Source: a virus
Strand: one strand, 5' to 3'
Length of the DNA: 64,000 nucleotides
Virus record (IMG/VR): IMGVR_UViG_3300038705_000018
Location: 3,711-67,710 of that record
Part shown: in pieces, positions 58,493 to 64,000 of the stretch
Position numbering within the stretch: the first letter of the stretch is position 1
Layout: each line of letters opens with the position of its first letter
The notes under the pieces: model-generated
Databases searched by the model: none
What the model saw: the letters and a program-made list of their open reading frames with translations, nothing else
What the model was told of the DNA's origin: nothing
Program-made: the position numbers and the translations under genes

Positions 58493-59194
58493 ATGAGGAA
58501 AGAATTTTTTTGGGGATTGCTGTTTACTACATGTCTGATATTTTCTGGTTGTTCAGCTAATATGAAATATGTAGAACATGAAACTAAGGAAAAATTAGAA
58601 AATAGTTCATTGGGACCATATATTGAAAAAGTCGATTATAAAGCTGATAAAAAGGAGGACGATACTACACCAGTAAATATTCAAGCGATCGTAGATGAGA
58701 AGTTCTCTGATTTGTCTACCATGGAAAAATATCAAATCATGTACACTACGCTCGATCAAATTATGGGTTCTTTTAATAATGTTTATTGTGGAGAGAATAG
58801 ATCATGTCGTTACAAGGACCTTAAATTACTATACGATGACGATACATTTGTTATGGACATTTTTGATAAAACACTGGTTATTAACGAGTTCGAAAAATAT
58901 TCAAAACGTGATTATGACATAGAACTAGCTAATAGCACTTATAAAGCCACCCCCAATAACGTATCTAAATACACATCGCAAAAGAAAGAGAAATTTGCTA
59001 GCAACGGAATGAACTACATGATTATATTTGATTTTATGAAAGAACAATACAGAATCCTCACAAACAATGACGAAAACTACATCCCCGAAGTACATGATCC
59101 TCGGGTAGCCGAAATAGCTGCTAAACGATTTGGAATTACAGCCAAAGAAGCTGGATTTATTTATGAAGAAGTGCAAATGGATGCTTTTAAGTAA
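58493..59194 (+). CDS. Lipoprotein of unknown function
   Basis: RBS GGGGTGA. MRKEFFWGLLFTTCLIFSGCSA lipobox. Confidence 0.6.
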   Translation: MRKEFFWGLLFTTCLIFSGCSANMKYVEHETKEKLENSSLGPYIEKVDYKADKKEDDTTPVNIQAIVDEKFSDLSTMEKYQIMYTTLDQIMGSFNNVYCGENRSCRYKDLKLLYDDDTFVMDIFDKTLVINEFEKYSKRDYDIELANSTYKATPNNVSKYTSQKKEKFASNGMNYMIIFDFMKEQYRILTNNDENYIPEVHDPRVAEIAAKRFGITAKEAGFIYEEVQMDAFK

Positions 59195-59195
59195 A

Positions 59196-59270
59196 ATATA
59201 GATTTTGTTCTAATACATATTATTAAAGTGGGTCAAGTCGGAGGAAGGCACCTTTGGGTGTCCTTTCTTT
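59196..59270 (+). repeat. Interspersed repeat/terminator (copy E)
   Basis: Starts right after the stop at 59194. ...TAATACATATTATTAAAGTGGGTCAAGTCGGAGGAAGGCACCTTTGGGTGTCC. Confidence 0.75.
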
Positions 59271-59413
59271 ATAAAAAAGAACTCATAAAACGCCTTAAAT
59301 TATTAAATTTAAATATCATAATTTTATTATAAAATAATACATTAATATTAACACTAAAAATTTGTTATAATTAGTAAAGAATTCTATTAATTAGATAGAG
59401 AGGATACAATATT

Positions 59414-59974
59414 ATGGGTTATAAATTTCGTAGAATTATCCAGTTTTCCCCGGGTGTGAAAATTAACTTTACATACACAGGTACGGGAGGGAACTCTATT
59501 CCACCTGAATCAAGAACGACATCTTATATACCTGGAACTGGAATCTCGTATACACCACGAATAGCTGAGTCAAACAACTATTATATACAACGCGGATATC
59601 AAGGACCAAACACTTCCTATCCCACTATGGATGAACAAGAATACAATACGGTAAATGCATTTGAGCCAGTAAAAGAAACCCAAACTTACCTTGTTACTGC
59701 TTTTCGTAAAAAGGATAATCAAGTAAACTCCGTAGGTAGAAAACTAATGAAACCACTTTCCATAATTACAGGCGTGTTTGCGGGCCTATTCTTAATTATG
59801 ATGCTTATTATACCTGCTCTAATCATGGCATTCTTTTCTTTCCTATGCTATAAAAATATAAAAACACCATTTGCAGTTGTATGCCCAGAATGTGATGCTG
59901 AGAATCTATTCATTTTTGAAGAAGAGAAGATTGCTTGTCGTAAATGTGAGAGTACTCTTATAATCCAAAAATAA
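59414..59974 (+). CDS. DUF4236-like protein with TM segment and C-terminal zinc ribbon
   Basis: MGYKFRRIIQFSPGVKINFT. TM FAGLFLIMMLIIPALIMAFF. CPECD...CRKC. Confidence 0.6.
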   Translation: MGYKFRRIIQFSPGVKINFTYTGTGGNSIPPESRTTSYIPGTGISYTPRIAESNNYYIQRGYQGPNTSYPTMDEQEYNTVNAFEPVKETQTYLVTAFRKKDNQVNSVGRKLMKPLSIITGVFAGLFLIMMLIIPALIMAFFSFLCYKNIKTPFAVVCPECDAENLFIFEEEKIACRKCESTLIIQK

Positions 59975-60056
59975 ATGGTTCTCAAATTAACATCTCTTTA
60001 TTAGTCAAAACAATATAAATCTAATTATAAATATAAATAGATAAAAAGAGGGATAA

Positions 60057-60266
60057 GTGAATATCATTATTAACTTTGAAGCGTTTAATCCAACTATAAA
60101 CGACTTAGCTATCAAACTTGCTATGGTACTGTTTATACCGTTATTCTTAGCATTGATTGTCAAAGTGATACTTATGAAATTTATGAAAGAATCAATTGCT
60201 GGCAGATTAGCAAGTCTATCTTTGTTATTCTTTATGTACTATGTATTTAAATTTATTACAGCGTAA
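60057..60266 (+). CDS. Small membrane protein
   Basis: GTG start with RBS AGAGGGA. Two TM segments. Confidence 0.4.
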   Translation: MNIIINFEAFNPTINDLAIKLAMVLFIPLFLALIVKVILMKFMKESIAGRLASLSLLFFMYYVFKFITA

Positions 60267-60300
60267 AAGGCACCTTTGGGTGTCTTTTTTCTGCATTAAA

Positions 60301-60330
60301 AATGCCTACCTATTTCCCTAGGTAGGCATT
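60301..60330. terminator. Bidirectional terminator hairpin with conserved ATTTCC loop
   Basis: aatgcctacct/aggtaggcatt 11-bp stem between convergent genes. A related hairpin lies at 63776-63801. Confidence 0.65.
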
Positions 60331-60433
60331 TTGTGACTTTGTATTTGCAAACGATGATATTATGACAAAACTCCTTAATCCCCAAACTCTCTGATCGTTC
60401 GTCTTCAATACGCTTAAAATGGTTCTATGTATA

Positions 60434-60850
60434 CTAGTCTAAAGTACGAGCAGCTGCATAGAACGATCCAGAACCACCATTTCTGTGAGTAACTTTAAGC
60501 TTATATTTACCTTTTGAAAGAGTATTGTACGTATTTGTAAAACCCTTTCCTGCTGCTAACGATCCAGAACCAATAACATTACCTTTTGAGTCTTTTAAAG
60601 ACCAGTCAAGTGTACCTTTAGTATTGTTCGTCATATGAACTCTCATATCCGCTTTTTTTACATGCTCGAACGGTACTTCTCTTTCACCATTTATCAGACT
60701 GAAATCATCTTTAAGTATTTGGGTACGTTGGACAATTGGTGCTGAATTTTTAGTATTATCTACACCTTCTGTACTTGCTGATGCTGCTCCAATCCCTCCA
60801 GTTAATGCGATACCAGTTGCTAATGTTCCTACTACTAATTTCTTAAACAT
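60434..60850 (-). CDS. Secreted beta-rich protein
   Basis: RBS AAAGGGGGA. Signal peptide MFKKLVVGTLATGIALTGGIGAASA. Confidence 0.65.
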   Translation of the reverse strand: MFKKLVVGTLATGIALTGGIGAASASTEGVDNTKNSAPIVQRTQILKDDFSLINGEREVPFEHVKKADMRVHMTNNTKGTLDWSLKDSKGNVIGSGSLAAGKGFTNTYNTLSKGKYKLKVTHRNGGSGSFYAAARTLD

Positions 60851-61252
60851 AATAAATCCCCCTTTAATAGTTTTTTATAACTTGCACCTTAAATGTATCA
60901 CTTTTGTAATTTTTGTAAATATTTTCAATTTATACAAATATTTATTTAATTATTAACAATATTGGAATTTTATTTTATCAAATAGAAAATAGAGGGATTT
61001 ATGATGATATGTAATAATGCATGTTCATTCGGCAAAAAATCGTGATAAAATCTAAGCACCTGTTCTATTTTTTTCAATTAAAATGGAAACCTTACTTCTT
61101 ATTTACCCAAATGGGAGGCGCTTTATAGCGTCTTTTTTTTATTTTCAAAAGGCCATGCTCATTTAATCCATAAAAACATAAAGTAATTTGAATCCATTAA
61201 GATACATGAGTGACTCCTTATTTTTCTCCTACTATTTAAAGGAGGAATTATT

Positions 61253-61363
61253 ATGGGCTTTGGTGGTAGCTGCGGTGGCGGCTGTGGCTTTGCAGGAGGA
61301 TTTGCTTTATTAGTTGTATTGTTTATATTATTAATTATTGTCGGAGCTTCTTGCTTCTGCTAA
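61253..61363 (+). CDS. YjcZ-like tiny TM protein (36 aa, not in track)
   Basis: RBS AAAGGAGGAA. MGFGGSCGGGCGFAGGFALLVVLFILLIIVGASCFC. Confidence 0.7.
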   Translation: MGFGGSCGGGCGFAGGFALLVVLFILLIIVGASCFC

Positions 61364-61558
61364 AAAACTATTAGAAAAGGCACCCTTATATGGGAGCCTT
61401 TTCTTTATGTATATTATCTATTATCCGATTCATCAGTTTTATTATAAACACATTTAGCTTCTCCAAAAAAAACACCCGTGCCTCATTCTCCACCATAATA
61501 CGCATACTTCCCAGGTGAACCATTATCTCGTATACTTGGATATGATTTTAGTTTATAT

Positions 61559-61759
61559 TCATAAACCTAAACCATAAAAATATAAATAGATTACCATGAT
61601 TAGAATTCCCATAACAGTAACTAATAGGAGTTTCCCATCCGCACCTGTAATAACTTCTTTTAGATTTTCTTTTGCTTGTTGTTTCTTTTCTCCACTTAAA
61701 AAGAGATAAATAATAAAATAAGTAACCACTAAGAAGAATGAGAATATTATATCTATCAT
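61559..61759 (-). CDS. Small two-TM protein (paralog of 61826-62014)
   Basis: MIDIIFSFFLVVTYFIIYLFLSGEKKQQAKENLKEVI... aligns with its neighbour. Confidence 0.5.
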   Translation of the reverse strand: MIDIIFSFFLVVTYFIIYLFLSGEKKQQAKENLKEVITGADGKLLLVTVMGILIMVIYLYFYGLGL

Positions 61760-61825
61760 TACTTATGTACCTCCCTAATGCGTGCTATTAATTTCCTTAT
61801 ACGTTTTAAACTAAGATATCTGAAA

Positions 61826-62014
61826 TCATAATGTTAATAAATATATCCCCCCGATTAAAAGTGCCGCAGCAAAGACTAATATTATTATTCCATCAGGACT
61901 ATTAAGAATTTCTTTTATATGTTTTTTTGCTATTTGCTTAGTTTCTCCACTTGAAAAGAGATAAACAATGGAATGGAAAATTAGTAAGAAAAATGCCGTA
62001 ACTAACTCTATCAT
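61826..62014 (-). CDS. Small two-TM protein (paralog of 61559-61759)
   Basis: MIELVTAFFLLIFHSIVYLFSSGETKQIAKKHIKEIL... Confidence 0.5.
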   Translation of the reverse strand: MIELVTAFFLLIFHSIVYLFSSGETKQIAKKHIKEILNSPDGIIILVFAAALLIGGIYLLTL

Positions 62015-62139
62015 GGTTTATGTACCTCCTAATATATATGTACCTTTAATTAACCAATAATTGCCTTATACATTATATCAGCTAGGGTACACGGAAGTAT
62101 AACGAATTATTTTTATAATTTAATTTATTAATCGGAACA

Positions 62140-62197
62140 GCCTTAATACAGGATTGTTCAAGTCGGAGGAAGGTGCCTTTGGGTGTCTTTTTTTATT
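62140..62197 (+). repeat. Interspersed repeat/terminator (copy F)
   Basis: AATACAGGATTGTTCAAGTCGGAGGAAGGTGCCTTTGGGTGTC. Confidence 0.7.
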
Positions 62198-62270
62198 ATA
62201 AAAACCCTCAAGCATTCATACACTTGAGGGTTTATCAATTGAAAGGTAGGGCTGTTTGGAGTTCCTTAAA

Positions 62271-62405
62271 TTAAGAACAAAGCGGGATTACTCCTAAACC
62301 AATTAATAGAGCTGCAGCAAACGCTGGAATTGGCACAGGGATCTCGATACCTTCTACAACTAAGAAGTATTGTCCACTTACTACTTTAAAACAAACTAAT
62401 TGCAT
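62271..62405 (-). CDS. Small hydrophobic protein (44 aa, not in track)
   Basis: RBS AAGGGAGGAA before MQLVCFKVVSGQYFLVVEGIEIPVPIPAFAAALLIGLGVIPLCS. Confidence 0.4.
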   Translation of the reverse strand: MQLVCFKVVSGQYFLVVEGIEIPVPIPAFAAALLIGLGVIPLCS

Positions 62406-62653
62406 GGTTATTCCTCCCTTCTGCTAGGATTAATACATTATATTCATTAATCTTATTATCGTTATAATTAGATTGTTTATTTTTAAAGAAATGTGCAATT
62501 TATTTATATTCAGGTGAAGTACCTTAGATCATCTTTCCCTTATTTTCAAAAAGGACCTGCTCAATTAACTCTTAAAAACATAAGGTAAAGAGAATCCATT
62601 AAAATACATGAGTGACCTCATTTTTTCGCCTCTTACTAAAAGGAGAGATTAAT

Positions 62654-62770
62654 ATGAGTTATGGTGGTAGCTGCGGTAGTTGCGGCGGTGGCGGTTTTGC
62701 TGGAGGATTCGCTTTATTAGTTGTATTATTTATTTTATTAATCATCGTTGGAGCTTCTTGCTTCTGCTAA
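62654..62770 (+). CDS. YjcZ-like tiny TM protein (38 aa, not in track)
   Basis: RBS AAAGGAGAG. MSYGGSCGSCGGGGFAGGFALLVVLFILLIIVGASCFC. Confidence 0.7.
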   Translation: MSYGGSCGSCGGGGFAGGFALLVVLFILLIIVGASCFC

Positions 62771-62914
62771 AAAACTATCGGAAAAGGCACTCTTATATGG
62801 GTGTCTTTTCTTTATAAAATTTACATTAAATTAATTAAACTTTATAAAGAGATGTAGTAAAATATAAATTGGGTGGAACCCAGATATATTTGTGCTGTAA
62901 GAAAAGTCTTATGT

Positions 62915-62955
62915 AGATTGAGTAGAGGAAGGCACCTTAGGGTGTCTTTTCTTTT
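62915..62955 (+). repeat. Interspersed repeat/terminator (copy G, 3' half)
   Basis: GAGTAGAGGAAGGCACCTTAGGGTGTCTTTTC. Abuts the second toxin-like locus. Confidence 0.7.
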
Positions 62956-63115
62956 GTCCATTATATCCATTACGTACGCATTGATTTTTTATGTGCATTT
63001 GGTATAATTACTGTAATATTACTACAGTAATACCTTTTGTATATAATAAAAGAAGAGATGCTCTAACATCTCTTCAAGTAACTGCTACCGCAAGGTGAGT
63101 GGTTGCGACTAAATA

Positions 63116-63271
63116 CTACTTTTTAGATTTAGAAGACTTCCCACGCTTGCGAGGCTGACGGGTGGTCTTCTTCTTTTTATTTTTAGAAGTAATTTTCTTA
63201 ACCACGAAAACTACAAGTTCTCGTACAATCGTCTTAATTACCTCTAATACTATTTGAAGAAATAGATCCAT
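63116..63271 (-). CDS. 51-aa paralog of the toxin-like protein (not in track)
   Basis: RBS AAAGGAGGTG. MDLFLQIVLEVIKTIVRELVVFVVKKITSKNKKKKTTRQPRKRGKSSKSKK. A 12-bp hairpin covers the SD. Confidence 0.45.
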   Translation of the reverse strand: MDLFLQIVLEVIKTIVRELVVFVVKKITSKNKKKKTTRQPRKRGKSSKSKK

Positions 63272-63485
63272 TGGCTACACCTCCTTTCCTCATTAAATGA
63301 GAAAAGGACAGTCGTAACCGCCCACCCTACAATATACAGTTGTTCTTATTCTATCATACTAGTACAATCTCACCAATATAAAAAAACCACCATTACTGGC
63401 AGTCCTTTTTGGGTAGTTTTAGAGAGCTTAATTTTATTATATTTATATTATAATTAACAAATGAAAATTTCTAGGAGGGGAATTT

Positions 63486-63647
63486 TTACATAACATGTGA
63501 TTTTTTATACCATGCTTTGTTGATACATTTAACCTTCTTATGTGTTGAGGGTTTAAAATTATCCCTTGGTGTAGCCATATCGTTAGAACATCCTGCGATA
63601 TTTAAACAAAATGTAGCCAATAAAAACAATGATATTAATTTATTCAA
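63486..63647 (-). CDS. Possible small lipoprotein (53 aa, TTG start, not in track)
   Basis: NKLISLFLLATFCLNIAGCSN lipobox. Weak RBS. Confidence 0.3.
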   Translation of the reverse strand: MNKLISLFLLATFCLNIAGCSNDMATPRDNFKPSTHKKVKCINKAWYKKSHVM

Positions 63648-63670
63648 ATAATCACTTCTAATTCTTTTTT

Positions 63671-63719
63671 ATTTTCGAACCTTTCATCTAATTCTACATT
63701 AGATGAAAGGTTCGAAAAT
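63671..63719. repeat. Perfect 20-bp inverted repeat with a 9-nt loop
   Basis: attttcgaacctttcatcta / tagatgaaaggttcgaaaat. Confidence 0.8.
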
Positions 63720-64000
63720 ATTCTTATAATCATAAGTTGTTAAATTAGTTTACAACGAGATAGAACTACCAAAACAAGCCCACCTATTTCCGTAGGTGGG
63801 CTATATCTTTATTACACAATACCAAATTATACTCTCATTTTTTCATATACTTTATGCAATTATACATATCCATAAAAAATGCACCAAATAAATATTACAT
63901 GTAGTAAAATATAAATTGTGGATACATTCTATAAAGCAGATTCTTTTGAAAGACGTAACATATTGATCTCAAATCTCTTGATATTTTGTGAACTAACAAT

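Noticed and set aside
45423-62957. Possible CRISPR array, since the GGCACC...GGGTGTC repeats recur.
   Set aside because: Spacing is kilobases and irregular. Each copy is a hairpin plus U-tract at a gene end. There are no cas genes.

Overview
Low-GC Firmicute DNA with Bacillus cereus-group features (YjcZ-type tiny proteins, DUF4352/DUF4064 pair, arbitrium-like module, dense interspersed repeats). Three blocks. (1) 1-8.5 kb is accessory. It holds the end of a possible partition operon, a NucS-like PD-(D/E)XK nuclease, a secreted toxin-like protein with an immunity-like partner, and an FtsK/SpoIIIE + replication-relaxation + MerR/XRE transfer-like module. (2) About 8.6-42.6 kb is one complete minus-strand siphovirus-type prophage. 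Reading right to left: arbitrium-like aimR/aimP, cI/cro switch, antirepressor, SSAP, replisome organizer/DnaC, RecU, ArpU, resolvase, HNH, TerS/TerL, portal, capsid, tail, tape measure, fibre, holin, GH25 endolysin. No tyrosine or large-serine integrase is visible. The only recombinase is a small resolvase with res-like sites. (3) 43-64 kb is a mosaic accessory region. It has a defence-island-like cluster (OLD-family ATPase-TOPRIM nuclease, ApeA-like HEPN protein, metacaspase plus a 74-aa glycine-zipper protein, HNH_5-like protein, DUF2971 protein). It also has many small secreted/membrane proteins and several repeat families. Leads most worth follow-up: the metacaspase + glycine-zipper pair; an ORF-free, GC-enriched ~0.8 kb structured-RNA candidate inside the prophage (30.4-31.25 kb); two paralogous type-I-toxin-antitoxin-like loci, one with an ORF absent from the track; an antirepressor split by one in-frame TAA; a bracketed toxin/immunity cassette. 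All family names come from motif reading and memory. No database search was run.
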